This document shows, in pieces, positions 30,358 to 39,515 of a DNA stretch of 64,000 nt. Location of the stretch: positions 64,001 to 128,000 of the forward strand of contig CAVZRV010000015.1 in NCBI GenBank assembly GCA_963777605.1, given 5' to 3'. A program made the translations under genes and the position numbers. The first letter of the stretch is position 1. Each line of letters starts with the position of its first letter. The DNA is from an uncultured Acidobacteriota bacterium. GTDB taxonomy: Bacteria; Acidobacteriota; UBA6911; RPQK01; JAPXNP01. Under the pieces are notes generated by a model that saw nothing but the letters and a program-made list of their open reading frames with translations, ran no database searches and was not told the origin of the DNA.

Positions 30358-30451
30358 TCTCGACTCCCTCGTAAGCCTTGAGCCGGCGACGCGTGCGGCA
30401 CTTTGACCTGCCGGCACGTAGCGACCTCTTTCGAACCATTCCGTGCCGGGC

Positions 30452-30494
30452 GTGACTTTGGTCAACGACAGAGTTGATGCCTGTTGCCTATGCT
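30452..30494 (+). promoter_or_regulatory. CRP/FNR-family-like site GTGAC-N4-GTCAA with a downstream -10 (TATGCT) in class II spacing
   Basis: The site centre (30458.5) is about 42 nt upstream of the start implied by the -10 at 30489-30494. Confidence 0.45.
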
Positions 30495-30517
30495 GAGAAG
30501 CGAAGGAACAGACAGCA

Positions 30518-31762
30518 ATGAGTGAATTGATCGACAACGCTTCCCGAAATAAGGAAATCCTGCGGCATCTTCTTCTCCAGGTTCACCACGGAGAATCTCC
30601 CGAAGCGGTGCGCTGCCAACTGGAGCGCATTCTCGGAGCACTACCTTACGAGCAGGTCGTTGAAGTTGAACAGGAATTACTGGCCGAGGGTCTTCCTGCC
30701 GAAGAGATTCTCAAGTTCTGCGACATTCACACCCGGGTTCTCAAGGGAAACATCCGGAACGCCGAGACAACTCCCCTGCCTCCGGGCCACCCGCTAGAGA
30801 CGTTCCGGGAGGAAAACAGAGCCCTGAACTGGGAAATCGACCAGTGTCGCCGACTGGTCAGGAAGCTGATTGCGGAGCCGGAAACCGGCTCGGACGGGCC
30901 CGGATTCGACCAACTCCGGCTCCGTTTCTATGCCCTGGCAGATGTCGAAAAACACTATGCCCGCAAGGAGAACCTTCTCTTTCCCTACCTCGAGCGTCAC
31001 GGCATCAAGGGCCCCTCAACCGTCATGTGGGCCAAGGACGATGAGGCGCGGGGACGGGTCAGGTCGGGAATCGAGGTTCTCGAGGTAACCCCGGCGGCAA
31101 CTGGCGAAGAAATTCAAGGTTTGTCGGAACTGGTCGTGGAGCCAGCTCTGGTATCCCTGGAAGATATGATCTACCGCGAGGAGCAGGTGCTCCTGCCGCT
31201 TGCGCTGGAGTCCCTGACCCAGGACGAATGGCTGTCCATCGCTCGCCAGAGTCCTGAAATCGGGTTCTGCCTCTACGATCCTCCTGCGGACTGGATCCCC
31301 GAAACTGCTCCGGGGAGCCAGGCAGACCAGCCGGCATCGGACAGGGTCCAACTGCCCTCCGGAAGCCTGACCCAGGACCAGTTGCTGGCAATCCTCAATA
31401 CGATCCCCTTCGACGTGACCTTCGTGGATGCGGACGACCGGGTCCGCTATTTCAGCCAGGGACGGGAGCGCATCTTCACCCGGACCCGAGCGATCATCGG
31501 ACGAAAGGTACAGCTCTGCCACCCACCGGGAAGTGTTCACATCGTCCAGCAAATCCTGGACGACTTTCGAGCCGGCCGCCAGGAACGCGCCCCCTTCTGG
31601 ATCGAGATGAAGGGGAAATTCATTCACATCGAGTACTTCGCGCTTCGGGATCCGGACGGGAACTATCTGGGAACACTCGAAGTCAGCCAGGACCTGACCG
31701 CGAAGCGCACCCTCTCGGGGGAACAGCGACTCCTGAGCTACGCACAGGGAGACTCCAAATGA
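30518..31762 (+). CDS. DUF438 + hemerythrin-like + PAS_10 domain protein
   Basis: EQELLAEG...CDIH, GHPLETF, HYARKENLLFP, VMWAKDDE, TFVDADDRVRYF, CHPP and LEVSQD motifs. Confidence 0.9.
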   Translation: MSELIDNASRNKEILRHLLLQVHHGESPEAVRCQLERILGALPYEQVVEVEQELLAEGLPAEEILKFCDIHTRVLKGNIRNAETTPLPPGHPLETFREENRALNWEIDQCRRLVRKLIAEPETGSDGPGFDQLRLRFYALADVEKHYARKENLLFPYLERHGIKGPSTVMWAKDDEARGRVRSGIEVLEVTPAATGEEIQGLSELVVEPALVSLEDMIYREEQVLLPLALESLTQDEWLSIARQSPEIGFCLYDPPADWIPETAPGSQADQPASDRVQLPSGSLTQDQLLAILNTIPFDVTFVDADDRVRYFSQGRERIFTRTRAIIGRKVQLCHPPGSVHIVQQILDDFRAGRQERAPFWIEMKGKFIHIEYFALRDPDGNYLGTLEVSQDLTAKRTLSGEQRLLSYAQGDSK

Positions 31763-32331
31763 AGACGGAACCGATGGTTGCCATCACGCCAGAAACCCGT
31801 GTACTCGATCTCTTGACCGCCTACCCCGAGATGGAGGAGTTGCTTCTAGAGATCAGTCCCGCGTTTGCAAAGCTCAAAAACCCGCTCCTGCGCCGGACGG
31901 TCGCCCGCGTCACAAGCCTCGGACAGGCAGCCCGCGTCGGAGGCATCCCCGTGGGAGACCTGGTCAACCGGATCCGCAGAGCGCTCGGACAGAATCAGTT
32001 CACCGGTCCTCTGGGATCAACGGCGGCCGAAAGGCTCGGCACCCGTCCCGACTGGTGTGATCCCCAGCGAGCGTCCCGACGCATGGACGTCCGATCCATG
32101 ATCGAACGAGGTGAGAAACCAGTTGGGCCGGTCCTCTCGGTCCTTCGCGGACTCCCCCCGGGTGGCATGTGCGAAGTCACCGCCCCGTTCTTCCCGGCCC
32201 CCCTGGTCGACCTGGCGCGCGGGAAGGGTTTCCAGGCGTGGTGGGACCCGGCTCCGCATGATCCAGTCGTAGTCTACTTTCTGCGCGAAACCGATGGCGA
32301 TCCCGACGCACTGCTCAGCCTGGAATCCTGA
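31759..32331 (+). CDS. DUF1858 + DUF2249 domain protein
   Basis: ITPETRVLDLL...FAKLKNPLLRRTVAR and DVR...GEKP...APFFPAPL motifs; ATGA overlap with the DUF438 gene. Confidence 0.85.
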   Translation: MKTEPMVAITPETRVLDLLTAYPEMEELLLEISPAFAKLKNPLLRRTVARVTSLGQAARVGGIPVGDLVNRIRRALGQNQFTGPLGSTAAERLGTRPDWCDPQRASRRMDVRSMIERGEKPVGPVLSVLRGLPPGGMCEVTAPFFPAPLVDLARGKGFQAWWDPAPHDPVVVYFLRETDGDPDALLSLES

Positions 32332-32391
32332 AATTCGGTTGCGGGCGACGAACCTGCCTGCGGTTTCTGAGAGAGACGATCGGGAACCGGC

Positions 32392-33735
32392 TCACTGCTT
32401 GATCACGGTGCCGTCCGGCTTTCGGATGACGCCCCAACCGCCGTTGAGTCGCTCTCTTTCTCCCCGCTCACCATTGCCGAAGGGGTACTTTCGGGCGAGG
32501 TTCTCGTCAACCTCGATCCCCCACCCCGGTTCTTCGCGGGGAAAGAGATAGCCGTTTTTCAACTCCGGGCACCCCTGAAACACCTCCTGGGCGAGATCCG
32601 AGAACCGGTGGCTCTCCTGAATTCCGAAGTTGTAACAGGCCAGGTCGAGAGCCAGGTTGGCCGCATGACCGATGGGCGAAACGTCACCAGGACCGTGCCA
32701 GGCCGTGCGCACTCCCATCAACTCTCCCATGGCTGCCATCTTGCGGCAAGGCGTAATACCGCCGGCCTCGGACAGGTGAACCCGAATGAAGTCGATCAGC
32801 CGTTCGGCGATGAGCGGCGTCCACTCGTGAGGGCTGTTGAAGAGTTCCCCCATGGCAATGGGAGTCGAACTCTGTTGCCGGATGATCCGAAACCAGCCGA
32901 TGTCTTCAGGAGAGAGAGGATCCTCGAGGAAGAAGAGCCGAAACTGCTCCACATCGCGGACGAACTGGAGGGCCATCGTCGGCGGAATCCGTTCGTGGAC
33001 ATCATGCAGCAGTTCGACTTCGTCTCCCAACTCCTTCCGGCAACGTTCGAGCAAGTCGAGCGCTCGTCGAACGTACGGTTGGGGCGCAAACACGGGGTCG
33101 TCATGAAGCTTTTCTATCGAGGCTTCCCCCCGACCGGCGCCGTATCCGGCCATCCCCGGGACGCCCACCTGAACGCGGACGTGCCGGAATCCCTCGGCCA
33201 TGAGGGCCCGCGCGTTCTCGATCACCTCGTCAATCTCGGCACCGCTGGCGTGGGCGTAGCAGTCTGCCGCCTCACGGCACTTCCCGCCCAGGAGTTGGTA
33301 GACAGGCATTCCCGCCCGCCGGCCGGCGATGTCCCATAATGCCATGTCAACACCGCTCAAAGCGTTATTCAAAACCGGCCCGTTTCGCCAATACGAACCA
33401 TTGTAGCAAAGCTGCCAGGTGTCCTCGATCCGGTCGGCGGGCCGGCCCAGCAGAAGAGGTTTCAGGTATCGCTCGACTGCCGGCCGGATCAGGTCGGCCC
33501 GCTGGGTGAACGTCGCACAGCCGTAGCCGTACAACCCGGGCTGATCAGTGGTGATCTTGACGACCGCCAGTCTCAGTCCCTCCGGAGCGGTCTCGATGAC
33601 CGAGATGTCCCGGATCTTCGGGGAGGGGGTTCCGGCCTGGACAGCCGCCTGGATGGATGCGGATCGGGTTGCAGAACCGGCAAGAGTTGCCAGTCCGCCC
33701 AACCCAAGAGTCTGTAGCACTGTTCTCCGTTTCAT
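32392..33735 (-). CDS. Enolase-superfamily acid-sugar dehydratase (RspA/ManD-like) with twin-arginine N-terminus
   Basis: MKRRTVLQ; YWRNGPV, GVDMALWDI, LLHDVHER, FLEDP, MGELF and AWHGPGD motifs; SD GAGGAGG. Confidence 0.9.
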   Translation of the reverse strand: MKRRTVLQTLGLGGLATLAGSATRSASIQAAVQAGTPSPKIRDISVIETAPEGLRLAVVKITTDQPGLYGYGCATFTQRADLIRPAVERYLKPLLLGRPADRIEDTWQLCYNGSYWRNGPVLNNALSGVDMALWDIAGRRAGMPVYQLLGGKCREAADCYAHASGAEIDEVIENARALMAEGFRHVRVQVGVPGMAGYGAGRGEASIEKLHDDPVFAPQPYVRRALDLLERCRKELGDEVELLHDVHERIPPTMALQFVRDVEQFRLFFLEDPLSPEDIGWFRIIRQQSSTPIAMGELFNSPHEWTPLIAERLIDFIRVHLSEAGGITPCRKMAAMGELMGVRTAWHGPGDVSPIGHAANLALDLACYNFGIQESHRFSDLAQEVFQGCPELKNGYLFPREEPGWGIEVDENLARKYPFGNGERGERERLNGGWGVIRKPDGTVIKQ

Positions 33736-33882
33736 GGGCCTCCTCAGCCCTATTCTCATCCCCGGCCGCAGGAATTGAAAGCCCCGACCGAACTAAAGAA
33801 ATCGCACTCCACCGTCGATAGATAGGCAGTTACAGGTGATAGACGCCCAGAGTTGGGCATCGGAAAGGGCACGATTCAGACC

Positions 33883-35253
33883 ATGGGATCTGTCAATATC
33901 GATCGCCTCATCGAGGTAGTCAATCTCGGAGGCACGGTTCGAACCGGGGCGGATATCTACAACTGCAAAGGGGTCCTCCTTCTGGAGAAAGATGTCCGGG
34001 TGGACAACCTCAGCCCACTGCTGGTGATCAAGAGGTACGGTGTTGGAACGGTTTCAATCGATGCCTCCCAAGGCGGTGGCATCTGGGACCACGAAGGGAG
34101 AGAGATCTCGGCAGCTACCCCCGAAAACGGGACCAACGGATCCGGAGCGGGCGGGAGACAACTGAACAGCCTGGAACAGAAGGTCGAAGAGATCTCCGAG
34201 ATGAAGCATGAAGCCGCCCAGCGCTACGAGGCGGCGAAGAACAATGTCAAGTCCGTCGTCGAACAGATCGCGAAGGACGACGGTCGCTTCGACTACGAAG
34301 TCGTCGATCAGACGGTTGGGGACCTGGTTTCATTCCTCGGCAGGAAGACCAACGCCTTCTCCTACCTCACTCACGAGATCTTTTCCTACGACCAATACCT
34401 GTTCAACCACTCAATCAACGTCTGCGTCATCGCCACGGCCGTGCTGCGCCGCTTCAACGATCACTTCGGAGACGCGATCAACCGGTTCCTGTCCTCACCG
34501 GCGGGCGCCGACTCGTCCAAAATATTCTCGTCCGATAAAGTCAACTTCATTTACTACCTCCCGGACGAAATCCACAGTATCGCGGTCGGCTACCTCCTGC
34601 ACGACGTCGGAAAGGTGATGGTCCCCGACGAAGTGCTGAATAAGAAAGGCCCCCTGACGGAAGAGGAGTACGAACTCGTCAAGCGCCACTCCTGGGAGTT
34701 TGGGGCTGAGGTCCTGCAGAAGAACGGGATCAACAATCCCTACATCGAGAACTCCGTCAAGTACCATCACGCACAGATCTATACGGGTGAATGTCGCTGC
34801 TATCCCGACGATCGACTCCCGATCGAAATCGCCCCTTACGTCAAAATCGGGAAACTGGCCGACATTTACGACGCGATGACCTCAAAGCGTTGTTACCACG
34901 AAGCCGTGAACCCGACCGAAGTCGTGACGGAGGTGTTTCGGGCGTACGCCAACAAGAACCGCTTGTTGCAGTTCCTGCTCTACTCATTTGTCAAAGTGAT
35001 CGGGATCTATCCTCCCGGCAGTGTGCTCTACCTCCGGAATGGTCAGATGGCCTACGTGCTCGACAGCGAAGGACCCCTGGTTCTTCCGATCAGCGACCAG
35101 GACGGGGGTCCCCTCAACGTCCCAGCCGACCCTGTCGACCTGATTGACTCGAAATCCCTCCCCGAAGATCTTGAGATTGATCGCCGGCGGTCTCTCAGAG
35201 ATCCCAAGGAGGTGTGGGATCTCCTGCCCGACTTCCTGCGCAAGATCGCCTGA
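33883..35253 (+). CDS. HD-GYP-like phosphohydrolase (cyclic dinucleotide phosphodiesterase family)
   Basis: HSINV, LHDVGK, KYHH...CYP, ADIYDAMTSKRCY and IGIYPPGS motifs. Confidence 0.85.
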   Translation: MGSVNIDRLIEVVNLGGTVRTGADIYNCKGVLLLEKDVRVDNLSPLLVIKRYGVGTVSIDASQGGGIWDHEGREISAATPENGTNGSGAGGRQLNSLEQKVEEISEMKHEAAQRYEAAKNNVKSVVEQIAKDDGRFDYEVVDQTVGDLVSFLGRKTNAFSYLTHEIFSYDQYLFNHSINVCVIATAVLRRFNDHFGDAINRFLSSPAGADSSKIFSSDKVNFIYYLPDEIHSIAVGYLLHDVGKVMVPDEVLNKKGPLTEEEYELVKRHSWEFGAEVLQKNGINNPYIENSVKYHHAQIYTGECRCYPDDRLPIEIAPYVKIGKLADIYDAMTSKRCYHEAVNPTEVVTEVFRAYANKNRLLQFLLYSFVKVIGIYPPGSVLYLRNGQMAYVLDSEGPLVLPISDQDGGPLNVPADPVDLIDSKSLPEDLEIDRRRSLRDPKEVWDLLPDFLRKIA

Positions 35254-35286
35254 GAAAGTGCCGTATCTCCCTCCTCTGGCACCGGA

Positions 35287-38200
35287 TCATTGACGGCAGG
35301 CCACCAATTCGAATTTACCGAAAAGGCCATAGGGTTTCAGGTCATAGCCCTCCCCGGGCGGTTGGACCTCGGGCGCTGTCTTGAAGCTCCAGGGGGTGAC
35401 GATGCCGTTTCCTTCGACGTTGTGGTGGGGACCCAGCTGGTTCGCCAGGCTTCCGAAGATGTCTACCTCCACCCGGTTTCGCCCCGGTCGGATCGCGTTG
35501 CTGACGTCCAGTTCGAACGGTGGCCAGCCAATTACACCAACAGACTCCCCATTGACCCTGACCGCAGCGACCGTGCCCTGCCACTCCGGGAGCCTGATGA
35601 AATAGCCGGTGTCGAACGTGTCGTGGATGTCAAAGTGACGAACATAGGACACTCCACCGGCATAGAAGGGCAGCCCCTGCCTGGCCCAGTCCCCGGTGTG
35701 CAGACGTCTGCTTCGACCCAGTTCCCAGCCTTGTTCCTTCGATGTGAGGCTGAAGTCTCCGATCAGGTAAACCGGAGCCAGTTCACAGTGAATGTTCATC
35801 GAATCGATCGAGAGTTCCAGGCGGTTGTCTCCCGGTTCAACGTATCCTCCAATGCGATAGACGCCAAACGAGCGGTCCAGCCACCAGTCTCCTTCCACCG
35901 GTTCCACCGGTTCACCATTGATCGAAACGGTCCAAAGTTCGGGACGCTCGACCACAGCTCTGAGATCGCCGGTGTCGACAGAACCGCCGATCGAGAAGTG
36001 GTAGGTCACCTTGAAGCCGGACCCTGTCGGGAATCGATTCCGATCGAGGATGTTGGTCCGGTACTGCGAGGAGGAGACCCAGGGATTCCCGTCAAAACCA
36101 AAATGGCGAAACAGGTTGTCTGAAGCCTTGTAGTAGTAGATGCCCCTTTCCGTCTGCCCGTCCAGTTCAAGATCGCAATAGTCAATCGTCAGCACGTTCT
36201 CTGAAAGCCTCTCGACTGAAGTTGGTCCACTCCATCCGGGAAGCGGGATCGGGGTTCGGCTGCGCCGGGACTCGAGTCCTTCAACCGGAGATTCGAGACA
36301 CAACAAGAGGAGACTTCCGGACGGCTGGAGTTCGAACCGCGTGGACACCGCTCGCCCATCCTGACTGGTCGCCCTCTCAAGGACCGTTCCGTTGAAGGAG
36401 TCCAGTTCGACTAACTGGGAACCCGGCAACGTAACCCGTCCCATCGCAACCTGGTTCGAACTCGAATTCACGACGAGAAGCACCTGTCCATCAGACAGCA
36501 GGCGTCTCTGATGGAAGACGAGTTCGGCCGGACCTTCGTCTATCTCGAGTCGGAATACCGGGTCGCTCAGACACTCGCGAACCGGCTCGTCCGCAACCGA
36601 TTGAACCAGAACCCACCGCTCGAGGTAACGGCCGGACAAATCCACCATTCGGTTGGAAAAAACACCATCAACGAAGGAAGGCGGATCGCCCAGAGCGACC
36701 ACTTTCCCGCCCGCCCGCACAAACTCCTCAATCAGGAGTGCTGTCGAGGTTTCGAGATTCTCGAGCCCGGAGGGCAGAACAACGACTTGGTATTCCCGCT
36801 TCCCGACCTGGAGCCGTCCGTCACTGGCCGATCCGAACTCCCGCATTATGCGCTCGCTTCCCAGGTCGTACTCGATGTGCAGGCGCTCCAATTCTCCCAA
36901 CACGGATCGGAAGGAACGGTCAATCTCCTCGAACCGCGTACTCGCCACGCCGGGGGCGGCATAAAGCCAGGCCGTCGTTGTGGGTTCGAGAACGAGGATC
37001 CGGTTCACCTGTTTGCCGGAGGACAGAACCAGTGAAAGCCGGGCATAGTAATCCGCAAGCGTCCGGTAAAAGGGCCACCAGGGCTCGTGATAGGAGAAGG
37101 ACTGAGGGAAATCGTGCTTGCGGTCGCCTTTCAGTGTCATGTACGAGAGGTGCTGGTTCATCAGGTTCACCCCGAGGGCGTACTCCCAGTCTCCGAGACG
37201 CTTCATGTCCTGAAATCGCAGTTCCCATCCCGCCGCACCATAGGTCTCACTCAGCGTCCGGGACCGTCCCAGTTGATTGGCGACGCTGGCCAGTTCTCGA
37301 ACCGCGCGGATGTTCCCAAATTGAGGACCCGCCAGGTCGAAGGTATTGAAGAGCATGTCGATCCCGGGCACCTGTTGCCATGCCGACATCGCCATGCTGT
37401 CGGGACCCTGGTAAGGCTTTGGCCACTCGTGTTCCCAGTAGTGCCCGGTCCAGGAAATTCCATGCGTTTCGCAGTAGGAATACCAGGGCTTGGCCCAACG
37501 TTCGATGAAAAGATCGAGAAGGGTTTCGTAATAATCGTGACGAGCACGCCGAAAATCACCAACTTCCTCGAAGAGGAGCGGAAGCAACGGTCTCAGATCG
37601 TACCCCTGCCTTTTCTCAAATTCGGCAAAAAGATCGGGTGTCCAGCGAATCGCCCGTTTCCGATCAGGTGGCTCGATGTGTGGCTCGTCGGTGAAAATTC
37701 CTGGGACCAGCCTTCCAAAGTCGTTCCCGATGCTTTCCTCGTAGCCGGTCATGGTCAGTTCAATGAACTTCTCGGTAACCCCCGGCAGGAGCAGGTCCAC
37801 GTATGAAAAACCGCCGTACCATTTTGACGGTTCATAGTGGATCTTCCGAAAGACCCTGACCTCAGCCCCGGACTGGGATTCGGCCGGGTTGACGATCCGG
37901 TAACCATTGGCCGTCGTCACCAGGACCAGTGCGACGTCACTCATATCCGTGGACTCGAGTTCGCCAACCGTTTCCATGACCAACCCCTGGCCCTGGTTGA
38001 CCGACTCCGGCATTTCCGCCGGCACGTGCCCGCCTGCAAAGCCGCTCGGGAAGGAATTCTCGTCGTAAAGCCAAATCTTCAACCCGAGTTCTCTCGCCCG
38101 GACAACCGAATACTTCACCAGTTCGAACCAGCGCGGAGAAAGGTACTCGGTGATCAACCCGTACCGCGGGTGGATGAAGACCGCCCCGAAACCCTTTTCT

Positions 38201-38412
38201 TTGAAATCAAGCAACTGCCGCTCTATTTCTTCCCTGGAAACGTCGTCGTTCCACACCCAGAAGGGGACAGTCCGAAAATCGGCAGGTGGATTTCGAAACT
38301 GCTCCATCAGATCCCGACAGGACATCGGAACAGGAGTCTCCGTACTCGCTCCGCCCACCGTCGTCAGCAAGGCGACGAACAGACTCAATGCGGCCAAGCG
38401 GTTTCTCGTCAT
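35287..38412 (-). CDS. Secreted glycoside hydrolase, GH106-like (alpha-L-rhamnosidase family) large multidomain protein
   Basis: Signal peptide; PFWVWN, HPRYGL, WLYDENSFPSGFAGG, FTDEP, GIDML, SETYG and GLPFYAG motifs. Confidence 0.8.
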   Translation of the reverse strand: MTRNRLAALSLFVALLTTVGGASTETPVPMSCRDLMEQFRNPPADFRTVPFWVWNDDVSREEIERQLLDFKEKGFGAVFIHPRYGLITEYLSPRWFELVKYSVVRARELGLKIWLYDENSFPSGFAGGHVPAEMPESVNQGQGLVMETVGELESTDMSDVALVLVTTANGYRIVNPAESQSGAEVRVFRKIHYEPSKWYGGFSYVDLLLPGVTEKFIELTMTGYEESIGNDFGRLVPGIFTDEPHIEPPDRKRAIRWTPDLFAEFEKRQGYDLRPLLPLLFEEVGDFRRARHDYYETLLDLFIERWAKPWYSYCETHGISWTGHYWEHEWPKPYQGPDSMAMSAWQQVPGIDMLFNTFDLAGPQFGNIRAVRELASVANQLGRSRTLSETYGAAGWELRFQDMKRLGDWEYALGVNLMNQHLSYMTLKGDRKHDFPQSFSYHEPWWPFYRTLADYYARLSLVLSSGKQVNRILVLEPTTTAWLYAAPGVASTRFEEIDRSFRSVLGELERLHIEYDLGSERIMREFGSASDGRLQVGKREYQVVVLPSGLENLETSTALLIEEFVRAGGKVVALGDPPSFVDGVFSNRMVDLSGRYLERWVLVQSVADEPVRECLSDPVFRLEIDEGPAELVFHQRRLLSDGQVLLVVNSSSNQVAMGRVTLPGSQLVELDSFNGTVLERATSQDGRAVSTRFELQPSGSLLLLCLESPVEGLESRRSRTPIPLPGWSGPTSVERLSENVLTIDYCDLELDGQTERGIYYYKASDNLFRHFGFDGNPWVSSSQYRTNILDRNRFPTGSGFKVTYHFSIGGSVDTGDLRAVVERPELWTVSINGEPVEPVEGDWWLDRSFGVYRIGGYVEPGDNRLELSIDSMNIHCELAPVYLIGDFSLTSKEQGWELGRSRRLHTGDWARQGLPFYAGGVSYVRHFDIHDTFDTGYFIRLPEWQGTVAAVRVNGESVGVIGWPPFELDVSNAIRPGRNRVEVDIFGSLANQLGPHHNVEGNGIVTPWSFKTAPEVQPPGEGYDLKPYGLFGKFELVACRQ

Positions 38413-38600
38413 CTTAGACCCTCCAGGTCCCCAATGAGACATCTTCATAACTCCCGGACTATTGTCGTTCAACAAGCCTCCTGAAAAAACTTCGGGCGGA
38501 GACAGGAGAATCGCATTCCACTGTTGGTGGCTGAATTGTGTTACCGTTCCTGGTAATTACCCGAATCTCACCCATGTGATTCCATGAGGAGGCGTTGGAG

Positions 38601-39236
38601 ATGTCAAGACGAACTGGTGTTCTGGGTTTCGTGTCGTTGTGTCTATTGACGGTGGCGACGTCCACCCTGCCCGCCCAGCAGGCGGCCCCCCGGGAGGCCG
38701 TTTCGGCTCAGGTCGGCGGAGCCAAAGTTTCGGTCGAATACGGGCGCCCGTCCTTGAAAGGACGGAGCGTATCGGACCTATTGGGCGGTTTGCCCGAAGA
38801 TCGGATGTGGCGTGCCGGATCGGAACAGATCACGACCCTCACGACCGAGGCGCCGATCATGATCGGGAGTGCCTCGGTTCCTGCGGGCAAGTACTCGGTC
38901 TACGTGCATTGCCCCCAGTCGGGCCCCTACTCCCTGGTTCTCAACAAGGTCCTGGGCCAGCCGCTGAAGAACATCTTCGCGGCGGCTCCGCCGCAACTGG
39001 CCAACGAGCCCTGGCCTCACTTCAAGTACACCTCAGAAATCGGAAAGCAGGAAGTGGCCCGGGTAGCAATGGCAAGCTCAAAGTCCTCTGCCCCGGTGGA
39101 TCTCTTCACCATCGCGCTGAAGCCGGCATCGAGTGGGGCAAACCTGGTCATGAGCTGGGGCACCGAGGTCTGGACCGTTCCCCTAAAACCAGGCGGCAAA
39201 TCGATGCCCATGTCGGAAGGCTCGGATCGCCGCTGA
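38601..39236 (+). CDS. DUF2911 domain secreted protein
   Basis: Signal peptide; VEYGRPSLKGR, WRAG and VPAGKYSV motifs. Confidence 0.85.
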   Translation: MSRRTGVLGFVSLCLLTVATSTLPAQQAAPREAVSAQVGGAKVSVEYGRPSLKGRSVSDLLGGLPEDRMWRAGSEQITTLTTEAPIMIGSASVPAGKYSVYVHCPQSGPYSLVLNKVLGQPLKNIFAAAPPQLANEPWPHFKYTSEIGKQEVARVAMASSKSSAPVDLFTIALKPASSGANLVMSWGTEVWTVPLKPGGKSMPMSEGSDRR

Positions 39237-39279
39237 CCCTTTGGATGAACTTGAGGGACTGGCGGGGATGGTAGGCACT

Positions 39280-39382
39280 ATACTCCAGGCAGCCCTGCCC
39301 GGCGCTAGCCCGGAACCGAGAGCAACGGCCTCCCGGGGCTGGAAGCCCGGGGGGACCTCCCAGGCTGGGAAGCCTGGACTAC
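39280..39382. repeat. Cluster of REP-like palindromes (GTAG class)
   Basis: The minus strand reads GTAGTCCAGGCTTCCCAGCCTGGG (39359-39382). Related units are CCGGGGCTGGAAGCCCGG (~39333-39350) and a degenerate inverted unit ATACTCCAGGCAGCCCTGCCCGG (~39280-39302). Confidence 0.5.
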
Positions 39383-39515
39383 TTTGGGCGCCAATAAAGC
39401 CGGAAAACCGCGAGCAAATCAGGATGAGAGTGTTCTCCAGGGGTCAGATCGTTTAGAATCCGCCGGAGTCCCAAGGTAACCCAGTGACCGGTCTGACCGG
39501 AGAAAGGCACCGAGG

